This document shows, one piece after another, positions 9,782-19,453 of a stretch of 64,000 bases of DNA. Each line of letters starts with the position of its first letter. Within the stretch, counting starts at the first letter, position 1. Made by a program: the position numbers and the translations under genes. The DNA is from an uncultured Candidatus Peribacteria bacterium (GTDB lineage: Bacteria > Patescibacteriota > Gracilibacteria > UBA4473): assembly GCA_964343715.1 (NCBI GenBank), contig CAYFJZ010000005.1, forward strand, positions 8,220 to 72,219. Reading direction: 5' to 3'. Below the pieces are notes generated by a model that saw only the letters and a program-made list of their open reading frames with translations, did no database searches and was not told the DNA's origin.

Positions 9782-11236
9782 ATGAAAAAAACAGTACTAA
9801 CCGCCGCACTTTTGCCGCTTGTGACTGGCCTTCAGAGCTCGAAAGCGTTTTCAGACGTGGTCATGACCGACAAGCTCTATCTAGGCCTTTCTTACATGGC
9901 TGAAAAAGGGATTATCGGAGGCTATGACGACGGAACATTTAACACCGAAGGAACCCTCAATCGAGCGGCCGCTATAAAAATAATTCTAACCGCTGCAGAA
10001 GTAGAAATCGAAGATCCTACCGAAGAAATTTTTCCCGATGTACCTCTCGACGCCTGGTTTGCCGGATACGTAAATCAAGCTCAAAAGCTTGGTATCGCCA
10101 AGGGAGATGAGGATACTGGAGAATTTTTTCCCGATCGAGAAGTTAATCGAGCAGAATTTTTGAAGATAATGCTTACTACTTTTGGTATAGATCCAACCAA
10201 ATTTAAACTCGAAGATCTTCCCAACGACGTTCCGGACGAAACGTGGTTTACCCCCTACATTCAATTTGCGATCAAATTTAAACTCATGGATCTAGATGGA
10301 AAAGGAAATGCCTATCCTTCACATGCTGTAACTCGAGGAGAAGCGGCCGATATACTCTATCGAACCATCAAAACCGGAAAAGCCCTCAAGCCTCAAATAC
10401 TACTCAAACTTTCTGAAGACCATCTAGTAAAAACTATTGAACTCCTAGAAGCAAACCTCCTCCCAGGAGCAGGAATTGCCGTAAATATGGCCCAGAGATA
10501 CATCGACGAATCAATAAAGATTGTCCCGGACAACGAAATTATCCAGAGCGCCGACAAAACCGTACGCGCGGTTAAAAATCTTGTTGGAGCCTATACCGCC
10601 GGTGAGCACGGAAGAATCGAGGACGTACTCAAAGCTACGGGAAAAGCCTGGAACCTGGCAAACGAAGCCGGACAGCTCAACCCTTCACAATCGGTAATGA
10701 CCGAAGCCATCAAAAACCTGGCTCATGAGCTAGCCAAGAAAACGCGCTCTGTAAAAGGTGAACTGGCCGATTTCAAGGCCAATCCAGAAGCCGCTTCCTC
10801 AGAACAGAAACCAGAAGCGCCCAAAAAAGAAGTAGCTATTCCCTCAGCAGAACCTGAAGAAGAAATTGAAGAAGCTGAAGAGGTAGAAGAAGCTGAAATA
10901 GAAACTCCAGCAGAAGAAACCGAAGAAGATCTAGAAGCTCGAATTCGAGCCGAAGTAGAAGCCCGAATGAAAGCTGAAATCGCAAAGAAGAAAAAAGCCG
11001 AAGCCGATGCCAAGAAAAAAGCGGCCAAAGAAGCCGCCGCCAAAAAAGCAAAAGCCGAAGCGGAAGCCAAAAAGAAAGCAGAAGAAGAAATGAGAAAGAA
11101 GATCGAAGCCGAAGAAGCGGCCAAAGCTAAAGCCGAGGCCGAAAAGGAAGAACCCGCAGAAGAAGGACCAACAAAAGAAGAACTTATGGCTCAGCTGAAA
11201 GCGCTGCAGGCCATCCTCTCCCAAATGGAAAAATAA
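9782..11236 (+). CDS. SLH-domain (S-layer homology) cell-surface protein with Lys/Ala/Glu-rich coiled-coil tail
   Basis: ATG at 9782 gives a signal peptide MKKTVLTAALLPLVTGLQSSKAFS. Three SLH-like repeats follow (FSDV...YMAEKGIIGGYDDGTF; FPDVPLDAWFAGYVNQAQKLGIAKGD; DVPDETWFTPYIQFA). The C-terminus is a KKAEAEAKKKAEEE low-complexity tail. Confidence 0.75.
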   Translation: MKKTVLTAALLPLVTGLQSSKAFSDVVMTDKLYLGLSYMAEKGIIGGYDDGTFNTEGTLNRAAAIKIILTAAEVEIEDPTEEIFPDVPLDAWFAGYVNQAQKLGIAKGDEDTGEFFPDREVNRAEFLKIMLTTFGIDPTKFKLEDLPNDVPDETWFTPYIQFAIKFKLMDLDGKGNAYPSHAVTRGEAADILYRTIKTGKALKPQILLKLSEDHLVKTIELLEANLLPGAGIAVNMAQRYIDESIKIVPDNEIIQSADKTVRAVKNLVGAYTAGEHGRIEDVLKATGKAWNLANEAGQLNPSQSVMTEAIKNLAHELAKKTRSVKGELADFKANPEAASSEQKPEAPKKEVAIPSAEPEEEIEEAEEVEEAEIETPAEETEEDLEARIRAEVEARMKAEIAKKKKAEADAKKKAAKEAAAKKAKAEAEAKKKAEEEMRKKIEAEEAAKAKAEAEKEEPAEEGPTKEELMAQLKALQAILSQMEK

Positions 11237-11265
11237 AAAGAAATTCTAATAAATAAAACAAAGCG

Positions 11266-11301
11266 GAAAAAGACCGAACCTCCAGGTTCGGTCTTTTTCT
11301 T
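11266..11301 (+). terminator. rho-independent terminator (bidirectional shape)
   Basis: aaaa-agaccgaacc-tcca-ggttcggtct-ttttctt: a perfect 10-bp stem with flanking A and T runs, about 30 nt after the SLH gene stop. Confidence 0.8.
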
Positions 11302-11428
11302 ATGAATCATAAACACCATTCACCTCCCTACTCCCTTATTACCTACCTCTCAGATACAATCTCATCCCAAAACTCACAAGCTCACAAAATCCCAAGTTCA
11401 TAAGTTGATAGAGTTTGTTCCCAAGTTC

Positions 11429-11460
11429 AAAAAAAAGCTCTACCCCCGAAGGGGCAGAGC
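11429..11460 (-). terminator. rho-independent terminator of paralog 1
   Basis: The minus strand reads GCUCUGCCCC-UUCG-GGGGUAGAGC followed by U8. It lies 36 nt downstream of the stop at 11496. Confidence 0.8.
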
Positions 11461-11495
11461 TTTCCGTTAACTGGCACGTCAACTTTTTAGGAGAT

Positions 11496-12947
11496 CTATT
11501 TGGTCAAATAGTTGAACTTAATTTCTCCGATATAAACGGCATTCTGGTTGTCATGAACATTCCCAGTCCATTCTGATTTTGAAGTCATAGTAAACTTCAT
11601 CGTCAAGAATTCTCCAGTAGTCCAATCTCCATCATCTTCCGTTGCAAAAACTAGTCCGTAATCATCTTCCCAGGTTCCAGCAACAGTACTAACCAAGTCA
11701 TCTTCAGATGTTCCCGTTACATCAACCGTAGTCCCAGCAGTATCTTGAACTAAGATATCTAACTGACTGTAATCGGTATCAGTGTTGTCTGTGTTGTAAT
11801 CAACAGAAATTTCTTCATCACAGGCCAAGTCTCCAACCCCATTTGTTGGCTGACAAAAGCCCAGGAATCCATCTGGAATTGGCCACTGAACTACCACCGT
11901 ATAGTCTTGAGCATTCTGAGATCCTCGTCCCTTCATAGTCGACCACTTGTAGTAGTTTCGACCAGAAGTTGGGTTATGATCAGCTTCAAGAGTTCCAATG
12001 TTGTCTGATCCATCTCCGTATAGAGTAAAGTTTGGATATTCAGGGGTAAGAACCGCCGTCTCTAGTCGAGTCTGCAAGTCATCAAGCGTAATAGAGTTAT
12101 CGGCTAATTCAAAAGCCCCTACTCCACCTTCCGCAATCTGAACTTCGTCTCCAATAACCGTCAAACTAGATCCATCTACATTCACATTCAGGTTTCCGCT
12201 TGCATCCTGAACCAATCCTTCTCCAGCCACAGCCGGATCAAGCATCACTCCAGTAACACTATTGTCCTGATTGGTCACCCACTGGTAAGTACCAGGAGTG
12301 TCATCACTCTCAGTACAGAACAAGAGGTTTCCATTGGTCGTGTTGTAGTACATTCGTCCGAGAGAATCCGCATCACAAGGAGGCGCTCCATCAAGAACTA
12401 CCGCATCAGCTGCTAAAGCCGTTACCAAGTCTTTATCAAGAGTGATATCCAAAAGGTTTGCGGCAATCGCTTTTATCTGATACTGCTCATCAGCTCCACC
12501 TGTTCCTCCAGGAAGAGTAATAAAATCACCTACAGCCAATCCATGAGTCGTTCCAGAAAGAGTTACATCTGGAGTCCCCGCAGATCCTGTAGCTGTTTCG
12601 GTCAGAGTGGTACCATCAGCATGATTTTCTACCAAGAAATTCATGAGTTGTTTTCCACTCATATCCAAATCCTGGCTAAAGATAAATTTATCCAGAATTT
12701 TGTCGTAACGCAAGAAAGCATCTTCAAGCGAAGCTGATGACCCGAACTGCAAGTCAATCAGATCGACTGAAGAGTCGTCGTTGTCCAAGGAATAGGTGTC
12801 TGCGTTAACACCATCTCCTTCGGTTGTAAAAATCAGGCGCGCATCTACCGCTCCCGGAAGAGAGAGGGATAGAAACATCCCTAAGGTAAGCCCGACTCCC
12901 AACACCCGTTTGGGTAATGCCCTGTTTTTGTTGGAAGCATGTTTCAT
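11496..12947 (-). CDS. secreted surface protein, paralog 1 (fibre/adhesin-like, unknown family)
   Basis: 483-aa ORF with a signal peptide (LGVGLTLGMFLSLSLPGAVDA). About 80% identical by eye, and identical in length, to 13678-15129. Its N-terminal module is shared with 15663-19445. Confidence 0.8.
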   Translation of the reverse strand: MKHASNKNRALPKRVLGVGLTLGMFLSLSLPGAVDARLIFTTEGDGVNADTYSLDNDDSSVDLIDLQFGSSASLEDAFLRYDKILDKFIFSQDLDMSGKQLMNFLVENHADGTTLTETATGSAGTPDVTLSGTTHGLAVGDFITLPGGTGGADEQYQIKAIAANLLDITLDKDLVTALAADAVVLDGAPPCDADSLGRMYYNTTNGNLLFCTESDDTPGTYQWVTNQDNSVTGVMLDPAVAGEGLVQDASGNLNVNVDGSSLTVIGDEVQIAEGGVGAFELADNSITLDDLQTRLETAVLTPEYPNFTLYGDGSDNIGTLEADHNPTSGRNYYKWSTMKGRGSQNAQDYTVVVQWPIPDGFLGFCQPTNGVGDLACDEEISVDYNTDNTDTDYSQLDILVQDTAGTTVDVTGTSEDDLVSTVAGTWEDDYGLVFATEDDGDWTTGEFLTMKFTMTSKSEWTGNVHDNQNAVYIGEIKFNYLTK

Positions 12948-13616
12948 GAGAACAAAGGGTTAAAAAATAAATAATAAATAAATTTCACACATTTCTCCGC
13001 CGTCGGTAAGAAGTTACAAAACTCACAAACTTTGGAGATCCCATAATCAATTTATTTTCCTTCTCTTTCAACTCATGAAGGTTGAACAAAACCTCAAAAG
13101 AAGGTGCAAAAAAAGTGAACGGACAATGAGATATTGCCCCCTTAAAAACCTCAAATTGCTCACAAAACACATAAGTTATTCGAGGAAAATATATATCTAT
13201 AAGTATTGCGAAAAAAACTGATAGTTATAAAGAAATATTTGTATAAATAATGCATACTCACCATATCTCATGATCAAATATTTTATTCACAAATAAAGCC
13301 TCTCTTCGCTCCCAAAAAATCATCCACAATTATTGCCTCAATAAGAACAAAATTATGAAACAACATTTCACATTAAAAGATAAAAATATTTTATCAAGAA
13401 TAAGCATTTTAAACAGCTACCAACAAGGAATATCTTAATTTTTCAATTCTTATAGATTTTTTACTCTTTCCAGGATCAATCCCCCTCCCCTATTCTACAA
13501 AAAAACTTCTCCCTCATCTTACTTCTTACTTCTTACTTCTTAGATACAATCCCATTCCCAAACTCACAAGTTCAAAAGATCCCAAGTTCATAAGTTGATA
13601 CCGTTTGGTCACAATT

Positions 13617-13645
13617 AAAAAAAAGCTCCACCCAAAGGGGCAGAG
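13617..13645 (-). terminator. rho-independent terminator of paralog 2
   Basis: The minus strand reads GCUCUGCCC-CUUU-GGGUGGAGC (two G-U pairs) followed by U7. It is homologous in position to 11429-11460. Confidence 0.65.
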
Positions 13646-13677
13646 CTTTTTCTATAATGGCACTTCAATCCAGTGTG

Positions 13678-15129
13678 TTACTTCGTCAGGTAGTTGAACT
13701 TAATTTCACCCACCTTTACCGGATTCTGATTATCGTGGATATTTCCACTCCAGTCAGATTTTGAAGTCAGGTTGAGCTTAATAGTCAAGAACTCACCCGT
13801 CGTCCAATCTCCGTCATCTTCGGTCGCAAATTCAAGCGCATAATCGTCTTCCCAATCTCCACCGACCGTACTGACCATAACATCTTCGGTTGATCCAACC
13901 ATATCAACAGTCGTACCAGCCGTATCTTCGACTAACAGGTCAATTCTGCTCAGGTTTCCATCTGTACTTTCGGTTGCATAATCAACCGTCATTTCAGATG
14001 TACAAGCCAGATCTCCTACACCACTTGTTGGCTGACAGAATCCCTGGAATCCATCTGGAATTGGCCACTGAACCACAATCGTGTAATCCTGAGCGGTTTC
14101 ACTTCCTCGTCCCTTCATAGTCGACCACTGATAAAAGTTTCGACCAGAAGTTGGGTCATGATCTGCCTCTAGAGTTCCAATATTATTCGATCCATCTCCA
14201 TAAAGCGTAAAGTTTGGATATTCTGGAGTTAGAACCGCCGTTTCCAGTCGGGTCTGAAGATCATCCTGAGTAATAGAGTTATCAGCCAATTCGTAGGCTC
14301 CTACTCCACCTTCAGCAATCTGAACCTCATCTCCTGCAATAGTCAAACTCGTTCCGTCTACATTCACATCCAGGTTTCCGTTAGCATCCTGAACCAAACC
14401 TTCTCCAGCTACGGCCGGATCTAGCATGACTCCCGTTACACTGTTATCCTGGTTGGTGACCCACTGATAAGTCCCGGGACTATCTGCACTATCAGTACAG
14501 AACAAGAGATTCCCATTGGTCGTATTGTAGTACATTCGACCCAAAGAGTCGGCATTACAGGGAGGAGCCCCATCTACAATCACCGCCGCTCCAGAAAGTG
14601 GTACTTCCAAAGCCTGGTCAATCTCTATAATCAACCCCGTTCCATCAATAGCTTTAATCTGGTACATCTCAAGTTCATGAGCAGGACCTCCCGGAAGCGT
14701 AATAAAATCTCCCACAGATAGTCCATGGCCAGTACCATCTAAAGTTATCGAAGTGGCTCCAAGCAATCCCGTTGCGGTCTCGCTCAGAGTCGTTCCATCG
14801 GCATGATTTTCCACCAAGAAATTAAGAATCTGCTTTCCGCTCATATCCAAGTCCTGGCTAAAGATAAACTTATCCAGAATCTTGTCATAACGTAAGAAAG
14901 CATCCTCAGTCGAAGCGGCACTCCCAAAAGAGAGATTAACCATATCCACGGATGAGTCGTCATTGTCCAAAGAATAGGTGTCAGCATTAACACCATCTCC
15001 TTCGGTCGTAAAAATCAAACGCGCATCTGCAGCCCCCGGCAAAGCCAGAGACATACACATACCCAGAGTCAATCCGACTCCCAACGCCCTCTGGGATAAT
15101 GCCCTACTTCTGTTGGAAGTGTGTTTCAT
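13678..15129 (-). CDS. secreted surface protein, paralog 2
   Basis: 483-aa ORF, a tandem duplicate of 11496-12947 that includes the 3' flank and an upstream motif about 155 nt before the ATG. Confidence 0.8.
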   Translation of the reverse strand: MKHTSNRSRALSQRALGVGLTLGMCMSLALPGAADARLIFTTEGDGVNADTYSLDNDDSSVDMVNLSFGSAASTEDAFLRYDKILDKFIFSQDLDMSGKQILNFLVENHADGTTLSETATGLLGATSITLDGTGHGLSVGDFITLPGGPAHELEMYQIKAIDGTGLIIEIDQALEVPLSGAAVIVDGAPPCNADSLGRMYYNTTNGNLLFCTDSADSPGTYQWVTNQDNSVTGVMLDPAVAGEGLVQDANGNLDVNVDGTSLTIAGDEVQIAEGGVGAYELADNSITQDDLQTRLETAVLTPEYPNFTLYGDGSNNIGTLEADHDPTSGRNFYQWSTMKGRGSETAQDYTIVVQWPIPDGFQGFCQPTSGVGDLACTSEMTVDYATESTDGNLSRIDLLVEDTAGTTVDMVGSTEDVMVSTVGGDWEDDYALEFATEDDGDWTTGEFLTIKLNLTSKSDWSGNIHDNQNPVKVGEIKFNYLTK

Positions 15130-15662
15130 GAGAAAGGGGGTTAAACAGTAATTAAAGAAATTTGTAACTTTTTCTTTTCCACAAGACCGAAGTATTATTT
15201 GCCCTTTCGGACCCGTGGAGTCTGAATCATCGGGTAACCCGATCCAAGAAGCAAGAAATAGGAATTGCCCAAAGATCCAAAAAGAGGTGCAAAAAATTTG
15301 AACATAATTCGAAAAATGTGTTCACCACCCAGGGGAAAAAATCACCCAAATAACAAATTTTGTTATCAATCAAAATAATACTTTTTAGTCCTTTCCAAAA
15401 GCACAAAAACATCTCATAAAGATAATTGCATGTGGCATTGTTGAATAAAAAAACTGGATCAATCCCAGAAGAAAAATAAAAACAAAAACAACTGATCAAA
15501 ATAATTACTCAAAAAACAAAACTGTATCAAAATAATATTCAAGCAAAAACACAACGCAAAATATCCTTCTCCCTCCCCTTTGGGTCAATTTTTTAAAAAA
15601 ATGGCCCCCGCCCAAACCTTGTAAAACCATTCAAAACAGGTAAAAATACAGGGCTATTAAAA

Positions 15663-18600
15663 ATGTATATAAAAAGCTTTAATATAAATCTAAAAAAAAT
15701 TACCAGCCTCCTCCTTGGAGTGGCCGGAATTTTGTGCACAGCCTCAACCGAAGCCCGGCTGGTTTTTCCAACGCTTGAAAACGCCACCAACGCCGACAAC
15801 TACATCCTCGACAACGATGATTCAGCCAGTGAATACATCGATTTAGAATTCGGATCCTCTCTGAGTTCGCGGTTTCGATACGATAAATTAAGTGACAACT
15901 TCAACGTAAATAAAAATCTCGATCTCTCTGGAAACGAGCTTACTTCCTTCCGGGTTGAAAACGTTGATTCAGTTGCCGAAGGAGGACGCCCCACCTGTAC
16001 AGAAGCCCTTCAGGGAAGGGTCTACTACGACTCCAACGACGACAATGCCTATATATGTATCGAAGTCACCTCTGGTTTTTGGGGCTGGTACGACTTCACC
16101 ACCTCGATCTCAAATTTCTCCGCTCGATTAATGACGGTTGGAACAGGTGGAGATTTCCCCAATATCGCCCAAGCCGCCTCATATCTAAATTCACTCAACG
16201 GAGGAATCATCTTTCTTACCCCCGAAACACATACCGTAGACTCAACAGTAGATCTAGAAATGATCAACATCATTGGTTCCAACACCTACGAAAGTATCAT
16301 TAATCTCACGGGAGCCGGACTCATGCAAGCGCAAGAAACTCAATTCAAATCACTCACCATCGAAATTGACAGCGGCATTACATCGGCTTACGGAATAGAT
16401 CTCAAAAGCAATCTCACCTCCAGCTCAATCGTTTTTGAATGGGTAAACTTTAACATTGGCGGCACCAAGATATTACTCGACACCTCCGCCGCTTCTCCCC
16501 CCGAACTTCGAACCCGATTTGTGCATACTTCTGCGACCTCCAACGGGGGTGGAATCGTAAACACCAAAACCAGTTCCAATCTTCTGGCCAGCTCAATATT
16601 TTTTGTTGCCTCTCAGGGGGTAAATACCGGAGGACTCGAATTTCACGACTGGGATGTACAGGTAGCCGGAGACGCAAATGTGCTAACCACCGGAACGATC
16701 AACACCATTCCCAATGACACGATCTACGTTTATCCCGGAATGGACATCGAAGGGGCTTCCAACAGTCTCCCAAACGGAGGCATCTTAACTCTTCTTCCCG
16801 GAACACACGAAATATCCGCCCCCATAAACATCACCAACAACAGCATTGAAATCGTGGGATATGGAGATGCCTCCATCATCCGAGCTTCAGGATTTGCCAG
16901 CACCGGAAGTACCATTGCCGCCATACACATGGGAGCCGAAGACGGAACCGCTCCCGTAAACGATGTCGTACTCAAAGACTTCAAAATTGAAGTCGATGGG
17001 CCCAACATCCACGGAGTTCGAGCTGCCGGAGGAGAAGACCTTCAAATCTACAACGTCACCATCCAGAAAATTTCTGGACAAGCAGGATCAGGATCAAGCG
17101 CACGAATGGGAATCCACTTTTTGGATGGAACCACCGAAATGCTCATGCGCCCCGTGATCAAAAACTGTCGTATTTTTGGAAACGAAGGTACCAATTATTT
17201 TACCGACGGAATACATGTCACGGGAGGCCCCGACTACAGCAACGCAGGTATCTGGACCAACGGCGCAGGAATCAAAAATGCCCTCGTTGACGGAAACAAC
17301 ATCGACTATGTGCGAGAAACCACGGCGGTTTTTGTGGGTGTAAACGACAGTTCTCTCTACAACAATCGACTCACTCGAATGGGAGTGGGATCAAATGGGG
17401 CTTACGGTCTATTTTTGGGAAGTTCAGAACGAACCAACATGAACACCAACGTAGTGAGCCGCTCCCTCACCTCCGACTCTTATGGATTTGTAATTGAAAA
17501 CTTCAACAACGGGTCTCTGAGAACCGTTTCTGATTGTTTAATCAACAACAACACCATCGACGGAACCAATGGGGGGGGCGGCGTAGGTTTCCAGTTTGCC
17601 TTCTTTATCGGGAACTCATCCAATACCGCTGTTCATCGAAATATCTTTCAGAACAACATCATCAAAGGCGCCTCAAATATAACCACCAACGCCTTTGACA
17701 TCAACGGGAACTTCGATGACAACGTAATCTCAAACAATTCCATCTACGGAGGCATTACTGATCCCTGGGATGTCGGAGTCGACATCGGATCTAGTGCAGC
17801 CGAAAGAAATGCCGTGCGAAACAATCAGTTTATCAATGTCACCACCCCCATTACCGATGGAGGAACCAACACCACCTTTGGAACCTTTTATCACAATTCG
17901 AACACTGACCCGACAGTGAACGACGACAACACCGATGGTTTTTATATCGGAACCATCTGGATCAACACCAGCACCGAAGAAGCCTTCATCAGTCTGGATG
18001 ACAGCACCGGAGGAGCCAACTGGGATCCAATCTCCGGAGGCGCAAGTGGCGGAATTACAAACGTCATAGAAGACACCTCCCCCGAACTGGGCGGCAACCT
18101 CGACACCAACAATTATGAGATCATATCAGGCAGCGGAGAAGACATCACTCTTGATCCCGGGACAGGCGGTAATGTGTCACTCTACGCCAATGTAGATGTT
18201 GCCGGTAATACATTTGTCCTCGATTCAAATGATTCTGGGGGCGACATCACCCTTCAGTTCGGAGCCACACTGGGCAATTACCTCCGCTGGTCAGATGTAG
18301 ACTCAAAATTTGTCCTCAATGCTCCACTAGAAGTACAAGGCGACGTGGAAGTCGTCGGACAAGCCTCTATCGCCAACAATCACACCGCCACCGACAGCGA
18401 TGGGACCATCAACCTCGGACGAGAAGGGGGCACCTGGGAAACAGTCGGGTACGATAACGTCGACAACGAAGTCGAAGTCTCGACCAACACCGAAGTCCAG
18501 GGATACCTCGATGTCTTCGGCAACAACATCATAATAGACGCCGACAACTCAGGAGGCGACGTAGCGGTTCAATTCGGTCAAGCCGCCAACAAAACCCTCA

Positions 18601-19445
18601 CCTGGAACGACGCCAACAGTCGGTTCGAATTCAACGATTCGGTTCGAATCAACGGAAACAATGCAATAGAAGGCATCACCTACATTGCCACCGACCAAGA
18701 AGCCACAGCCAGCGACGGCGTACTTTCTTTGGGAAGAAGTGCCGGAGCCTGGGAAACCCTGATCTACAACACTGCCACGGGCCAATTTGAACTGAGTGAC
18801 GATCTCCAAATATTAGGGGCTCTTGATGTAAACAATGTTGACCTCAATCTCAATCAGCTCATCGCCACCCGAGTAGAAAATCTCTCGGCAGCACCCAACT
18901 GCAACGCCGCCTCAACCGGGCGAATCTACTTCAACACCTCAGATCAAAAAACCTACATCTGTAACGGAAGTGCCTGGGTTGACCTTTCTGCCTCTGGAGG
19001 TGGTAGTGGAAGTTCTACCATCGTCGCCCAATACTACGACAGTTCCGGAGGACTCAACATCAACACCACCAGTTCCACCGCCATCCCCTGGAATACCGAA
19101 ACCCGTGAAGACACCGGATTTACCCATACTGGGTCAAGTGCCCTCGTCTATATAGACAATCCAGGGTGGTACGAGATTTCCTATTCCATCGCCTACGACA
19201 CCACAGCAAGCAGTCGAAGAAATATTCTGTGTCAGATAGAACTCAATGGCTCCACTTTGGTCCCCTCCAGATCTTACTCCTACGCCCGAAACAGCACAGA
19301 CGACAAAGGAAGCAACCATGCTAGTTTAATTCTGCAAACCACAACCTCCAACGAATACTACGAAGTTACCTGCCAACAAGAAGGGACCTCAGGAAGTAAT
19401 TCAACCATTCCCAATGAATCCTGGACGGTGATTAAGTCGTTGTAA
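15663..19445 (+). CDS. giant secreted parallel beta-helix / fibre-like surface protein
   Basis: 1260-aa ORF with a signal peptide. Its N-terminal module is homologous to the 483-aa paralogs (LDNDDSASEYIDLEFG...RVENV...C..GRVYYD...YIC). It has PbH1-like beta-helix repeats (NNTIDG..., NNIIKG..., NNSIYGG), three copies of the D.NDSGGD...FG module, a second VEN...C...GRIYFNT...YIC motif and a jelly-roll-like C-terminus. Confidence 0.8.
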   Translation: MYIKSFNINLKKITSLLLGVAGILCTASTEARLVFPTLENATNADNYILDNDDSASEYIDLEFGSSLSSRFRYDKLSDNFNVNKNLDLSGNELTSFRVENVDSVAEGGRPTCTEALQGRVYYDSNDDNAYICIEVTSGFWGWYDFTTSISNFSARLMTVGTGGDFPNIAQAASYLNSLNGGIIFLTPETHTVDSTVDLEMINIIGSNTYESIINLTGAGLMQAQETQFKSLTIEIDSGITSAYGIDLKSNLTSSSIVFEWVNFNIGGTKILLDTSAASPPELRTRFVHTSATSNGGGIVNTKTSSNLLASSIFFVASQGVNTGGLEFHDWDVQVAGDANVLTTGTINTIPNDTIYVYPGMDIEGASNSLPNGGILTLLPGTHEISAPINITNNSIEIVGYGDASIIRASGFASTGSTIAAIHMGAEDGTAPVNDVVLKDFKIEVDGPNIHGVRAAGGEDLQIYNVTIQKISGQAGSGSSARMGIHFLDGTTEMLMRPVIKNCRIFGNEGTNYFTDGIHVTGGPDYSNAGIWTNGAGIKNALVDGNNIDYVRETTAVFVGVNDSSLYNNRLTRMGVGSNGAYGLFLGSSERTNMNTNVVSRSLTSDSYGFVIENFNNGSLRTVSDCLINNNTIDGTNGGGGVGFQFAFFIGNSSNTAVHRNIFQNNIIKGASNITTNAFDINGNFDDNVISNNSIYGGITDPWDVGVDIGSSAAERNAVRNNQFINVTTPITDGGTNTTFGTFYHNSNTDPTVNDDNTDGFYIGTIWINTSTEEAFISLDDSTGGANWDPISGGASGGITNVIEDTSPELGGNLDTNNYEIISGSGEDITLDPGTGGNVSLYANVDVAGNTFVLDSNDSGGDITLQFGATLGNYLRWSDVDSKFVLNAPLEVQGDVEVVGQASIANNHTATDSDGTINLGREGGTWETVGYDNVDNEVEVSTNTEVQGYLDVFGNNIIIDADNSGGDVAVQFGQAANKTLTWNDANSRFEFNDSVRINGNNAIEGITYIATDQEATASDGVLSLGRSAGAWETLIYNTATGQFELSDDLQILGALDVNNVDLNLNQLIATRVENLSAAPNCNAASTGRIYFNTSDQKTYICNGSAWVDLSASGGGSGSSTIVAQYYDSSGGLNINTTSSTAIPWNTETREDTGFTHTGSSALVYIDNPGWYEISYSIAYDTTASSRRNILCQIELNGSTLVPSRSYSYARNSTDDKGSNHASLILQTTTSNEYYEVTCQQEGTSGSNSTIPNESWTVIKSL

Positions 19446-19453
19446 AAGAAGAA

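Noticed and set aside
11496-15129. DGR-type (adenine-specific) mutagenesis as the cause of the differences between the two 483-aa paralogs
   Set aside because: Nucleotide differences compared by eye over the 3' ends include all substitution types (T/C, G/C, A/G). They are not restricted to adenine positions of one copy, so this is ordinary paralog divergence.
12985-15499. ORFs 12985-13170(-) and 15227-15499(-) upstream of the 483-aa paralogs
   Set aside because: They lie in AT-rich promoter/leader regions, are Cys/Phe-rich and have no start signals. Their similarity to each other is explained by the duplicated upstream DNA, including the GCACCT motif.
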